Shown piece after piece: positions 8,575 to 17,980 of a stretch of 60,282 nucleotides of DNA (its first letter is position 1; each line of letters starts with the position of its first letter). Location of the stretch: positions 1-60,282 of the forward strand of contig JANOTL010000054.1 of assembly GCA_031416315.1 (NCBI GenBank), in the 5' to 3' direction. This DNA comes from Pseudomonadota bacterium. Lineage in GTDB: Bacteria; Bdellovibrionota_B; Oligoflexia; Oligoflexales; CAIYRB01. Position numbers and translations under genes: made by a program. Below the pieces are notes generated by a model that worked only from the letters and a program-made list of their open reading frames with translations, searched no databases and had not been told where the DNA came from.

Positions 8575-9830
8575 AGGAGACGCCGGAAGAAAGCGCGCAG
8601 ATCAAACGGTGGCTCGTAAAGCAGGCCGACCGGCGGGCGGCGAACATGTTGCCGGCGGCGATCGCCTTCCACCTTTTCTCCCTGGCGTTGGGCTTCCTTC
8701 TTTATCGCGGTGCCTGGGCGACGATCCTCCCGGGCGTCAACGTCTTCCTGCTCATCTTCAACACCGTTTCCGTCCTCATCAACAAACGGGGACACACGAG
8801 CTGGCCACGATCGGCTCTCTATATCGGCGATATGCTCACGGTGTATGCGTTCTCGTTTGCCAACTATATGAACCGCCGCAGCGGCTCCGACGACGTTGCT
8901 ACGATGATCGGCGACTACGGCCTCGTCGCGATGACAACGTTTATCGTCATGACGTCGACGCATTCCGGGCTCAAAGTCTACGTGACGGCCTTCGTCTACG
9001 CCCTTGCGATCATCCCGTCGCTGACGGTCGCGTCTGGCGACTTGTACAATGACTTCGGCCTCTATCTGTTCATCATTACTTGCACCGCCGGCAGCGCCCT
9101 GCGCGCGTCGACCGATCGGTTGGAGCGTGCGCATGCCCTTGCGCAACAGCGGCTGATGGCGAAGCTCGCCCCCCGCCAGATCGTCCGGCGCGCCATGGAA
9201 TCTGGCGAGGACACCTCGATCGATACGATTTTCGCTCCCGAGGACCGCTTTTGCATCTGCATCTGCTCGGACTGGCGCTCGTATCAAGCACTGACGCAAT
9301 CAATGCCCGCGCGCGATGTCGTGCAAGCGCTCGAATCGTATTACGAGGTCGCCGAGGCGTTGCTGGCGCAGGCCTTTCCCGATGGGAACTACTTTAGCGA
9401 CTGGATCGCCGACGAGCTTTTCGTCGTCGCGTTCACGGGGACCGAGCGCAGAGATCAGGAGAATCTCGCGCGACAAGCGACCGCGTTCTCGCGCGCGCTG
9501 CTCGTCGCCAAGGCTGCGCGCGCGGCCGAGGGCCTGCCGCCGCGCGGCATTGACCTCGGCGTCGCCGCCGGCATCGCCTCGGTCGGCATCATCGGGCCGC
9601 GGCATCACCGCAAGGCCACGGCTCTGGGCGAGATCCCCGGGCGCTCGCGGCGCCTCCAGACCGCCGCTAAGAGCTTGAGGGACAAGCTCGGCGTGCGCGA
9701 CCGCGCCATCCTGGGCGCCGAGGTCGTGGCGCTTTTGGGCCCGGACCACGAGCTGACGCGGTTTACCTTCGAGGACGAGGCGCAGGTGAAGGATCTCGCG
9801 GATCGCGATATTTTTTTCCTGGTGGCCTGA
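8571..9830 (+). CDS. Multi-TM class III nucleotide cyclase-like protein with an atypical active site
   Basis: About 6 TM helices, then CSDWRSY, DWIADELF, IDLGVAAG-x3-VGIIG, TALGEIPGRSRRLQ and VKD, matching the adenylate/guanylate cyclase fold. Confidence 0.75.
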   Translation: MKETPEESAQIKRWLVKQADRRAANMLPAAIAFHLFSLALGFLLYRGAWATILPGVNVFLLIFNTVSVLINKRGHTSWPRSALYIGDMLTVYAFSFANYMNRRSGSDDVATMIGDYGLVAMTTFIVMTSTHSGLKVYVTAFVYALAIIPSLTVASGDLYNDFGLYLFIITCTAGSALRASTDRLERAHALAQQRLMAKLAPRQIVRRAMESGEDTSIDTIFAPEDRFCICICSDWRSYQALTQSMPARDVVQALESYYEVAEALLAQAFPDGNYFSDWIADELFVVAFTGTERRDQENLARQATAFSRALLVAKAARAAEGLPPRGIDLGVAAGIASVGIIGPRHHRKATALGEIPGRSRRLQTAAKSLRDKLGVRDRAILGAEVVALLGPDHELTRFTFEDEAQVKDLADRDIFFLVA

Positions 9831-9899
9831 GAACGGGACCAGCGGCGATTCTGTCGCATGGTTCCGAGCGAAACCACGCCGCGCCGAGCCCTCGTCGGC

Positions 9900-11738
9900 T
9901 CACCGCCTTTTCCCCATCGGCGACGCCAGGCTCGCGACCAGGGCCACTAGCTCGACCGACTCCACCGGCTTCGGCAAATGCGCCTGAAACCCGGCCAACA
10001 TCGCCCGCGTCCGATCCTCCGCCCGCGCGAACGCCGTCAAAGCGATCGCCGGCGTCATCCCGCCGGATGCAGACGAGCGGCTGCGCATGTCGCGCACGAA
10101 CTGGTAGCCGTCCCGATCGGGCATGCCGATGTCGGAGATCACCACGTCCGGTCGCTCCTTCTCCAAGAGCGCGAGCCCTTCGTCGGCGCTGGAGGCTGAG
10201 ACGACCTCGGCCCGATTCCGCGTCAAGAAGAGGCGCAGCAAGTCCCGCGCATCGCTCTCGTCGTCGACGATCAGGACCTTGACGCCTTCGAGGTGCACCG
10301 CGAGCGGCACGGTCTTCGGCTGTGCCGCCGCGCCCGCGGTTGCTAAGGGCAGCGACACGACGAAAGTCGCCCCTCGGCTTTCGCCCGCGCTCTCGACGCG
10401 GACGCTGCCGCCGTGGAGCTCGGTCAGATGATTCACGATCGAAAGGCCGATGCCCAGGCCGCCGAAGCGCCGGGTCACCGAGGAATCCGCCTGACGGAAG
10501 CGCTCGAAGACGTGCGGCAGGAAATCGGGCCGGATGCCGATCCCCGTATCGCGCACCGTGACCGTCGCCTGCGTGCCGTCGCGCTGGAGCAGGACGTCGA
10601 TCCGCCCTCCTTGCGGGGTGAACTTCACCGCGTTCGCCAGGAGGTTCCAGACGACCTGCTGCATGCGGTTCGGATCCCCGGTCACAGGCCCCGCGGTCGG
10701 GTCGAGGGTCTTCCGCACCTCGAGCTTTTTCGCCTCGGCCGACGGCCTGATGCTCGTGATCGCGGCGTCGATGACCTCGACAAGGTCGAGCTCGCGCATG
10801 TCGAGGCGGATCTTCCCCGAGATGATCCGGCTCATGTCCAAGAGGTCTTCGATCAGCTGTGTTTGCGCCCGCGCGTTGCGCCCGATCGCCTCGATCCCGG
10901 CCGCAAGATCCTGCGGCTCGTAGTCGCCCGACGCCAAGATCTGCGACCAGCCCATGATCGCGTTCAAGGGCGTCCGCAGCTCGTGCGACAAGGTCGCGAG
11001 AAACTCGTCCTTCATGAAACTCGTGCGCTCCGCCTCCACGGCCGCGCGCTTCGCGCCCTCGTAGAGACGCGCGTTGTCGATCGCCATCGACGCCTGCGCC
11101 GCGACGCCGACGATCAAGCGCTCCGAGCGCTCGCTGAAGCGCGCGGCCTCGCTGTGCCCGAAGAAGAGACCGCCGATCACCTCGCCCGAGCGCGCGAATA
11201 CGGGCACCGCCAGGTAGCTGCAGACGGGCAAGTGCCCCGAGGGCATCCCGAAATGCGGCCCCATCTTCCCGTAGCGCGGGTCGAGCTTGACGTCGTCGAT
11301 GCGGATCGGCTTCTCGCCGCGGAAGGTCGGACCGAAAAGCTCCGTGGCGCGCGGGTGGCCGAAGCTCTCGAACTTCTCGCGCGGGGCGCCGGAGAGCGTG
11401 TAGAGAAGGAGAGTCTCGTCCTTTTCGTTTTTCACCGTGTAGAAGAACGCCCCAAACTGCGCGCTGCAGAGCTGCGTCGCCCGATCGGTGATCGCCTGCA
11501 GGAGCGTCTGGAAATCGAGGGTCGAGCCGATGATCTTGCCGGTCTCGTTCAAGAGCTCGAGGACGCGCGTCTCGCCTTCGAACTCCTCCGTCTTCAGCTC
11601 AAGCGCCGCCTTGGCCTGCTGCAAGGCCGCCTTGGCCTGCTGCAAGGCCGCCTCGGCCCGCTGCCGCGCGGCCAGGTTGATGGCGGCGGTTTGCGAGGTC
11701 ACAGGCCGCTGCGCCGGGTCTCGTAGATCGTCGCTCAA
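9900..11738 (-). CDS. Hybrid sensor histidine kinase (GAF-HisKA-HATPase-REC)
   Basis: GAF (SYLAVP...GGLFFGH), FLATLSHELRTPL, NAVKFT, DTGIG, GLGIGL, receiver IVDDE...SDIGMP...KP. Confidence 0.95.
   Translation of the reverse strand: MSDDLRDPAQRPVTSQTAAINLAARQRAEAALQQAKAALQQAKAALELKTEEFEGETRVLELLNETGKIIGSTLDFQTLLQAITDRATQLCSAQFGAFFYTVKNEKDETLLLYTLSGAPREKFESFGHPRATELFGPTFRGEKPIRIDDVKLDPRYGKMGPHFGMPSGHLPVCSYLAVPVFARSGEVIGGLFFGHSEAARFSERSERLIVGVAAQASMAIDNARLYEGAKRAAVEAERTSFMKDEFLATLSHELRTPLNAIMGWSQILASGDYEPQDLAAGIEAIGRNARAQTQLIEDLLDMSRIISGKIRLDMRELDLVEVIDAAITSIRPSAEAKKLEVRKTLDPTAGPVTGDPNRMQQVVWNLLANAVKFTPQGGRIDVLLQRDGTQATVTVRDTGIGIRPDFLPHVFERFRQADSSVTRRFGGLGIGLSIVNHLTELHGGSVRVESAGESRGATFVVSLPLATAGAAAQPKTVPLAVHLEGVKVLIVDDESDARDLLRLFLTRNRAEVVSASSADEGLALLEKERPDVVISDIGMPDRDGYQFVRDMRSRSSASGGMTPAIALTAFARAEDRTRAMLAGFQAHLPKPVESVELVALVASLASPMGKRR
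11605..11653. repeat. Perfect in-frame 21-bp tandem repeat (2.3 copies)
   Basis: GCCGCCTTGGCCTGCTGCAAG twice plus a partial copy; encodes AALQQAK twice in the kinase N-terminal coiled coil. Confidence 0.95.
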
Positions 11739-11990
11739 GCGCCCATCCTCCGCGAGCGATCGATCGGTTCGGTCGGAATCGCCGTCATCGTCTTGATCTC
11801 CCGCGCCGAAGATACCAAATATCCCTTACGAAACAGGATGGTATTCGCCGGATGGCGCTGAACCCAGTGATTTTAGGATCATACGCAAGACGGTGGCAGG
11901 CGCGTCCACGCGCCTGGTCCAGGTAATGCTGAGGAAAGTCGCGGATCGCACGCGCTCCGAAAGATTCGCCGCCAGCACTGCGCCAAGGCC

Positions 11991-12018
11991 TCAAGAAAGC
12001 GCCCGTTACCTCCGAAAT
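11991..12018 (+). promoter_or_regulatory. sigma28-like promoter
   Basis: TCAA-N16-TCCGAAAT upstream of the surface protease gene. Confidence 0.4.
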
Positions 12019-12059
12019 CATTGGGGTTGGCAAAGCCCCTATCCTTCGCAGGTTTACAC

Positions 12060-14633
12060 ATGCGCTTTCGTCACTTCTCCCTCACCGTGGCCATCGCCGC
12101 GACGCTCGGCGCATGCAAGCCGGACGAGCCCGCGGCGGAGGAGACGCCGAGTAAGCCAACGCTCGTCACGGCGACGCAGCAGCCGACCGCTGGCTCGCAG
12201 ACCGGCGGCGGCACGATGACGCCGATCGAGACCGTGCTCGGTGGCGCCGATTCCGCCGCGAGCCAGGAAGATTTGGCGGCCGTCGCGGCAGCCAAAGCCG
12301 CGCTGACCTTTGCCGTCTTCGCCGGCGCCAACACCGAGATCACGCAAATACGCTCGGACCTCACGCTGCCGGCCGCGTATCTCGAAACGAGCCTGACCTG
12401 GGACGCCACGCCCGGAGACGTCGCCGCGACCGGCGTCGTCACGCGCAAGGCTTTCGGTCTCGGTGACACCGCCGTCGCTCTTACCGCCACGATCACCAAG
12501 GGCTTGGCCCAGGACGCCAAGGTCTTCAACCTGGTCGTCTTGCAAGCCGACCCGGCCGATCAGGACGCCGTCGGCGCCGCGCTTCTCGCGCTCGTCGAGA
12601 GCACGATCAAGAAAGCGAACGACTCCCTCCTGCGCATAAGCGGCGATCTCGAGCTGCCCACGAGCGGCGCCTATGCCACCACCATTTCGTGGAGCAGCAG
12701 CCTCGCCGCGATCGCCGCCGCCGGCGTCGTCACCCGGCCGACCGCGAGCGCCGACGGCACGCTCACAGCGACGGTCACGCGCGGCGGCGCGCAGGGCAGC
12801 AAAAGCTTCCCGGTGCGCGTCCTGAAGGTGCAGCCTCTCGTCATGATCACTGAAGTTCACGCCGGCAGCGACTACGGCTGGGTGGAGCTTCACAACACCA
12901 CGGGGGCCGACGTCGATCTCTCGAGCTACTATCTCCGCACTTGCAATAACACCCATGACTGCGTCTCGAACTACGCCGGCATGCTTCCCGTATTCACACT
13001 GAAGGCCGGCGCATACGTCACCGTCCACTTCGGTGACTCTGGACACGCGAGCGGCTACTTTCCTACGACCGATCGCGACGTTTACTCGCTCGTCACCTAT
13101 TTCCTCGCGAAGAATGGCTATATCGACCTGCGCAACGCCGCCAACTCAGCCTCCATCGATTTCGTGCGCTGGCGCGACCCGACCTACGTCTCGGGGACGG
13201 CGCAGACGCGCTCGCCCCTCACGGGCACGTTCACGGGCTCGGCGGCGCTCTACAACGCCAACGACGGCACCTCGCTCCAGCGGGATTTTCCCTACGACGA
13301 CACCGATGCCGCCGCCGATTGGGCTTGGGGCACTGCTGCGACCCCGGGATTCAAGAATGCCGCGAGCGCGACAGCGAGCGACAGCGACGGCGACGGCCTG
13401 AGTGACGTCTACGAGACGACGCTGCTCGGCACCGACCCGACGAAAGCCGACACGGACGGCGACTGGTTCACCGACGGTCAGGAGGTCCTCGCGAGCGGCA
13501 TCAACGGGATCAACTTGAAGGTGCTCGGCGCCGACCCCTTGGTTCGCGACATCTTCGTCGAGGTCGACGCCATGATCGACCCGGTCGGCGGCGCCAACAA
13601 TCTCAACGACATCACCGGAGCAAACAGCACCGCCCTCCGCCCGCGCAAAGCCGCGCTCGACCGGGTCGTCGCCGTCTTCGACGCCTACGTCCCTGACGCT
13701 GACGACAACGGCGCCGCCAGAATCAAGCTTCACTTCGACGCCGGCAGCCTGATCCCCGAGTACGACCTCGGCGGCGGCAACGCGATCCCCTTCAAGCGCT
13801 GCCTCTACTTCGGCTACGGCAGCGTCGACGCGAGCAGCGTCACACGCAGCTCGGCGAATTGTGCGAACTTCTACGAGCTCAAAACGCAGCACTTCGATGC
13901 GGCGCGCCGCTACGTCTTCCACCACATGATCTTCGCCTGGTCGCAGGAGACGAACGGAAGCCTCGCTTCGAGCGGCCTCGCCGAGCATCCCGGCAACGAC
14001 ATCATCATCACCGTCGGCAACTGGGGCGCAGGCCTGGACGAGACGACCATCGTCAACATTCAAGCGGCGACCATCCTCCACGAGCTCGGCCATAACTTGA
14101 GCTTGGACCATGGCGGCCATGAGGCCATGAACTACAAGCCGAGCTACGTCAGCAGCATGAACTACCTCTACCAGATCGACGGGCTCGACGTGGAAGACGA
14201 TGGTAAGGTCTTTTACACCGAGCTCTCCCACCCGACACTCGCCTACACGAGTGCTCAATACTGGGCGCGCCTCGGCTCAACCGCCTTCCCGATCGGCTTC
14301 TCTTACGGCACGCGTCGCACTCTGAACGAGGCCTCGCTCGACGAAACCATCGGTTGGTCCGTCACCGCCGGCCGCCCGGTCGACTTCAACTTAAACAATG
14401 CCTTCACGACCAACGTCGCCGCCAACGTCCAGCCGACCACGGCCAACACCTCCTCGACTGACGTCCTCACCGATCACGACGACTGGAAGAACCTGGCCAT
14501 CCGCTTTCAAGAAGCGCAAAGCACGGCCGCGAACGGCATCGGCTTCGGCTCCTTAGGCCTCACCGACGCGGACACGGATGATAAACAGCCGGTGGCCAAG
14601 ACGCCATGCCTCGGCTTCCGCGAGCATTTCTGA
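12060..14633 (+). CDS. Modular surface lipoprotein: two Ig-like repeats, lamin-tail domain, Ca-binding DxDGDG repeats and a metzincin-type Zn metalloprotease
   Basis: Lipobox LGAC; repeats DLTLP...W / DLELP...WSSS; VMITEV...WVELHN; DSDGDGLSD and DTDGDWFTDGQE; HELGHNLSLDH with Met-turn SSMNY. Confidence 0.85.
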   Translation: MRFRHFSLTVAIAATLGACKPDEPAAEETPSKPTLVTATQQPTAGSQTGGGTMTPIETVLGGADSAASQEDLAAVAAAKAALTFAVFAGANTEITQIRSDLTLPAAYLETSLTWDATPGDVAATGVVTRKAFGLGDTAVALTATITKGLAQDAKVFNLVVLQADPADQDAVGAALLALVESTIKKANDSLLRISGDLELPTSGAYATTISWSSSLAAIAAAGVVTRPTASADGTLTATVTRGGAQGSKSFPVRVLKVQPLVMITEVHAGSDYGWVELHNTTGADVDLSSYYLRTCNNTHDCVSNYAGMLPVFTLKAGAYVTVHFGDSGHASGYFPTTDRDVYSLVTYFLAKNGYIDLRNAANSASIDFVRWRDPTYVSGTAQTRSPLTGTFTGSAALYNANDGTSLQRDFPYDDTDAAADWAWGTAATPGFKNAASATASDSDGDGLSDVYETTLLGTDPTKADTDGDWFTDGQEVLASGINGINLKVLGADPLVRDIFVEVDAMIDPVGGANNLNDITGANSTALRPRKAALDRVVAVFDAYVPDADDNGAARIKLHFDAGSLIPEYDLGGGNAIPFKRCLYFGYGSVDASSVTRSSANCANFYELKTQHFDAARRYVFHHMIFAWSQETNGSLASSGLAEHPGNDIIITVGNWGAGLDETTIVNIQAATILHELGHNLSLDHGGHEAMNYKPSYVSSMNYLYQIDGLDVEDDGKVFYTELSHPTLAYTSAQYWARLGSTAFPIGFSYGTRRTLNEASLDETIGWSVTAGRPVDFNLNNAFTTNVAANVQPTTANTSSTDVLTDHDDWKNLAIRFQEAQSTAANGIGFGSLGLTDADTDDKQPVAKTPCLGFREHF

Positions 14634-14636
14634 GCG

Positions 14637-16961
14637 CTACAGTAACGCGTCGAACAAGCCGCGCTGCCCGTTCGTCCGACACGCCTTCTCCGGATCGAAG
14701 CCCGAGAGACCGGCGAAGATCCCCACGATCGGCACGATCTGCTTTTCCACGTAGTGCGCGTGATCGACCGCGGCCGTGACGAGCCCCACCGGCTGGGCTC
14801 CCGCGGCCGTCATCACGTAACGCACGACGCGAGGGACCTTCGGCAGCATCCGCGCCGCACGCACGTGGGGCGGGGTCGTCGTCGTATACGACTCGACCGG
14901 CCGCCGCATCTGCTTGCGGTAGACCAGGTCTTCGTCGCGCGTCCCGGCATTCACCGCCTTGATCACGTTGCGCACCTTTTGCTCAAGGGCCGCCGCCGGC
15001 TCTCCGGCGAAAAGCATCGCCAGGAGGTCGCGCTGCAACCCGCGCGCGAGCGGCGTCCAGTCGCTCCGCACGGCCTCCATACCAATGATCTCGACCTTCT
15101 CCCCGCGCTCGTCCTGTCTCAAGCCGGCATAGCTCTTTGGCCGCCCGAGCCCGCCGCGAGACTGCGGCAATAGCAGCCAGCGATAGTACTTCTCGAACTT
15201 CAGGTCCAAGCGCGACTCGACCTTGTAAGTTTCGCGCACATGCCGCGCCAAAGCCTCATTCGCCCCGACGGCGAGCGCTTTCCCGCGCCGCACCGCTTCG
15301 GTCGACGTCACCGCCTCGGGCAGACTCGCCTCGACGAAGAGCGAATCCGTATCGCCATAGAGCACCTTGGCGCCGCAGGCCTCGAAATGCGAGCGCGTCC
15401 ATTGCAGGAGCGCCTGCCCGAAGCTCGTGATCGATCCGGCGAGCGCCGGCGTCGCGAACCGGCAGTTGTCGGTGCCCAGAACGCCGTAAAATGAGTTCAT
15501 GATGATCTTGTAGGCGTAGGCGGCGACGTCGTCGCCTTCCTTCAACGCGGCGGCTCGGCTCGCCGTGAAGCGGTCCAGAACTTCGGGCAACACCGAGCGC
15601 TCGCGCGCGAACGCCGCGCCGTTCGGCGCCACGATCGGCTGCGCCTCTTTGCCCGCCGCTGCCAGCGCGTGCGCCAAAGGATCGATGTTGAAGGTCCGCA
15701 TGATCGACGGATAAAGGCTCCGAAAGTCGAATACCAAAATGCGGGGATGCAGGCCCGGCTCCGGATCCAGCACCAGACCGCCTGGGACGTTGCCGACCGC
15801 CGTCGCGTCGACGCCGTAGCTCGGCGCCACGCGCCCGCGACGCCTCAGCTCCGTCATGTACATGAACTCGAATGAGGCGACGCTGCCCCAGGTCTTGGCT
15901 AGCGGCAGCCCAATGAGTCGCGAGCGCTCGACCGTCAGCTCGATCAGCTTCTCCTTGCGCAAAAGGTCGCGCACGAGCCGAGAGTCCTCCAGACAGTAAA
16001 GGGCGAACTTCGCGCGGTCCGCGTGGTAAGTCGTCATGATCTCGTCGGCCGCGAGTACCTTGCTGCGACCTAGGACCTCGTTGGCCACGGTTTGCAGCCG
16101 CAGATCCTCGAACCGCTTACCCGACGAGCGCACGAGCCGCAGCGCATCGAGCATTTGCCGCCCCTGATGCGGCGGATACTTCCCGCCCACCCGCCCAACG
16201 CCCGGCCGCGTGCGCCCTAGATCCAGATCCTTCCCGTATCGCGCCATGCGTCGCGACAATACGGGCAGATCGAAATCGGCGATGTTCCAGCCCGTCAGCA
16301 CATCGGGATCCAAAGCCTTCAGTCGCGCCACGAACCGGTCCAAGAGCTCGCGCTCGGTCGCGCACGTCGCCATCCACGGCGGGTCCTCCGGCCGCGGGGC
16401 GCCGAGCACCAGGACCTCTTCACCCTCCTCCCCGTGCCCATAAACGACGAGAGAGACCGCCAGGACCTCCTCGGTCTCCATGTCCGTCTCGATGTCGAAT
16501 GCCAGGACACGCAGTTTCGGCACCCAATCCGCAGGCGAAACCTCGGGATTCACGTAGATCCGCGCCACGTGATCCGACGCGCGCCACGCGCCTTCGATCT
16601 GCACGCTCCCGCGCAGCCCATTCTCCATCAAGTAGGCGTGCGCGAAGTCGATGTCCCCCTCGTAAGTGCGGATGCCGTCGCGATGCAAGGCGTCCGCCGC
16701 GCGACGGCGGCCACGCACGTCAGCCGTCCGCAAGGCAAAGACGGCCTCACCGTCCATCGTCGCGAGCTGCGTCGGCACCGCCTCGGGGACGCGCCGGAAG
16801 TCCGAAGCCCGCACGTAAAGCGTCGGCTTCCGGCGGTCGTCGACGATGCCGAACGTCTCGCCGGTCGAAAGCCGCCCGATCGCGTACACGACCGCGTGGC
16901 CGTCGCGGGTTCCCGTAAAGCAGTCGAGGATGAATCCGAGCGTAGGCGTTGCGACCGTCAT
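14637..16961 (-). CDS. polB: DNA polymerase II (family B)
   Basis: Exonuclease FDIET, GWNIADFD, YCLED; polymerase DFRSLYPS, KIIMNSFYG, YGDTDS. Confidence 0.92.
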   Translation of the reverse strand: MTVATPTLGFILDCFTGTRDGHAVVYAIGRLSTGETFGIVDDRRKPTLYVRASDFRRVPEAVPTQLATMDGEAVFALRTADVRGRRRAADALHRDGIRTYEGDIDFAHAYLMENGLRGSVQIEGAWRASDHVARIYVNPEVSPADWVPKLRVLAFDIETDMETEEVLAVSLVVYGHGEEGEEVLVLGAPRPEDPPWMATCATERELLDRFVARLKALDPDVLTGWNIADFDLPVLSRRMARYGKDLDLGRTRPGVGRVGGKYPPHQGRQMLDALRLVRSSGKRFEDLRLQTVANEVLGRSKVLAADEIMTTYHADRAKFALYCLEDSRLVRDLLRKEKLIELTVERSRLIGLPLAKTWGSVASFEFMYMTELRRRGRVAPSYGVDATAVGNVPGGLVLDPEPGLHPRILVFDFRSLYPSIMRTFNIDPLAHALAAAGKEAQPIVAPNGAAFARERSVLPEVLDRFTASRAAALKEGDDVAAYAYKIIMNSFYGVLGTDNCRFATPALAGSITSFGQALLQWTRSHFEACGAKVLYGDTDSLFVEASLPEAVTSTEAVRRGKALAVGANEALARHVRETYKVESRLDLKFEKYYRWLLLPQSRGGLGRPKSYAGLRQDERGEKVEIIGMEAVRSDWTPLARGLQRDLLAMLFAGEPAAALEQKVRNVIKAVNAGTRDEDLVYRKQMRRPVESYTTTTPPHVRAARMLPKVPRVVRYVMTAAGAQPVGLVTAAVDHAHYVEKQIVPIVGIFAGLSGFDPEKACRTNGQRGLFDALL

Positions 16962-17046
16962 GGCCGCCTACCGTATCACGCGCGCAATAGCTCGGCCACC
17001 GCCACGGGAGTCTTCCCGCTCTGTGCGGGCACGGCGAAACACTTTT

Positions 17047-17508
17047 TCATGCTCCACTTTCCGTTTGAAAGTGCGCCTTGCCTTCGTGCACCGCCTTGCC
17101 GTTGAAGATGACGCGATACACGATCGGACAACTCGCCGCGATCATCGCGCTGACGCCGCAGTAGAGAGACTGTGATTTCTCCACCGCATCGATCAACGGC
17201 GCCGCCGCGGCCTCGCCTTCGGCCGTCGCCTCGAAGAGGAGGCTGACCTGCTCGAACACGCGCGGCTGCCCGCGCGTCTGCTCCGCCTCGGCCGTGATCT
17301 TGAGCGAGCCTAGGCTCACTTTGGCTTTCCGCATCAGCCCCGCGACATCCATTCCGGTGCAGCCGCAGATCGCCGCGAGCACCAGCTCCTTCGGCGACGG
17401 CCCGTGGTCGTCGCCGCCGGAAGCGGCGCCGGCGTCCATGACGAGCGCGTGTTGCCGCACGGTGCCGTTGAATTCGTACTTAGATTTCCAGGAGACTTCG
17501 TACTTCAT
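17047..17508 (-). CDS. OsmC/YhfA family protein
   Basis: GGDDHGPSPKELVLAAICGCTGMDV and SQSLYCGV. Confidence 0.88.
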   Translation of the reverse strand: MKYEVSWKSKYEFNGTVRQHALVMDAGAASGGDDHGPSPKELVLAAICGCTGMDVAGLMRKAKVSLGSLKITAEAEQTRGQPRVFEQVSLLFEATAEGEAAAAPLIDAVEKSQSLYCGVSAMIAASCPIVYRVIFNGKAVHEGKAHFQTESGA

Positions 17509-17980
17509 GGGCAGCAGCATAGCCCGGCGCTCTCTCGAGCCGCAAGAGCTTGAGCTTGCGCTCGAGCCCGCCGCCGTAGCCGCCGAGGCCGCCGCCCGTC
17601 GCGACGACGCGGTGGCACGGCACCATGATGCTGACCGGGTTCCTGCCGTTGGCCGAGCCGACGGCGCGCATCGCCTTCGGCTTGCCGATGCGCTGCGCGA
17701 GCTCGGCGTAGGAAATGGTCGCGCCGTAAGGGATCCGCCGCAGCTCCTCCCAAACCCGCCGTTGGAAGGGAGTTCCGACCGAGACCGCCCTCGGCACGCT
17801 GAAATCGCGGCGCTCGCCGGCGAAATATTCCGCGAGCTCCCGCGCCGCGCGCACGAGCATCGGCGTTTCCTCGAACGGCGAGCCCATCGGCCCGAACCAG
17901 ATCCCACTCAGCCCGTCCTCGCAAGCCTCGAGGTAGAGGTCTCCCACCAAAGTTTCCAACTTCATTTGGCTTTTGCGCAT
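17480..17980 (-). CDS. ogt: Methylated-DNA-protein-cysteine S-methyltransferase
   Basis: GTPFQRRVW, RAVGSANGRNP, active-site PCHRV. Confidence 0.95.
   Translation of the reverse strand: MRKSQMKLETLVGDLYLEACEDGLSGIWFGPMGSPFEETPMLVRAARELAEYFAGERRDFSVPRAVSVGTPFQRRVWEELRRIPYGATISYAELAQRIGKPKAMRAVGSANGRNPVSIMVPCHRVVATGGGLGGYGGGLERKLKLLRLERAPGYAAAHEVRSLLEI

Noticed and set aside
8571..9830. Cyclase as a Pycsar/CBASS anti-phage system
   Set aside because: There is no adjacent cyclic-nucleotide-binding TIR or TM effector and no defence-island context, and the enzyme is fused to a multi-TM sensor-like region.
14637..16961. Family B polymerase as a sign of a prophage, casposon or pipolin
   Set aside because: It has cellular Pol II-type motifs and length, with no integrase, Cas1, terminal repeats or phage genes nearby.
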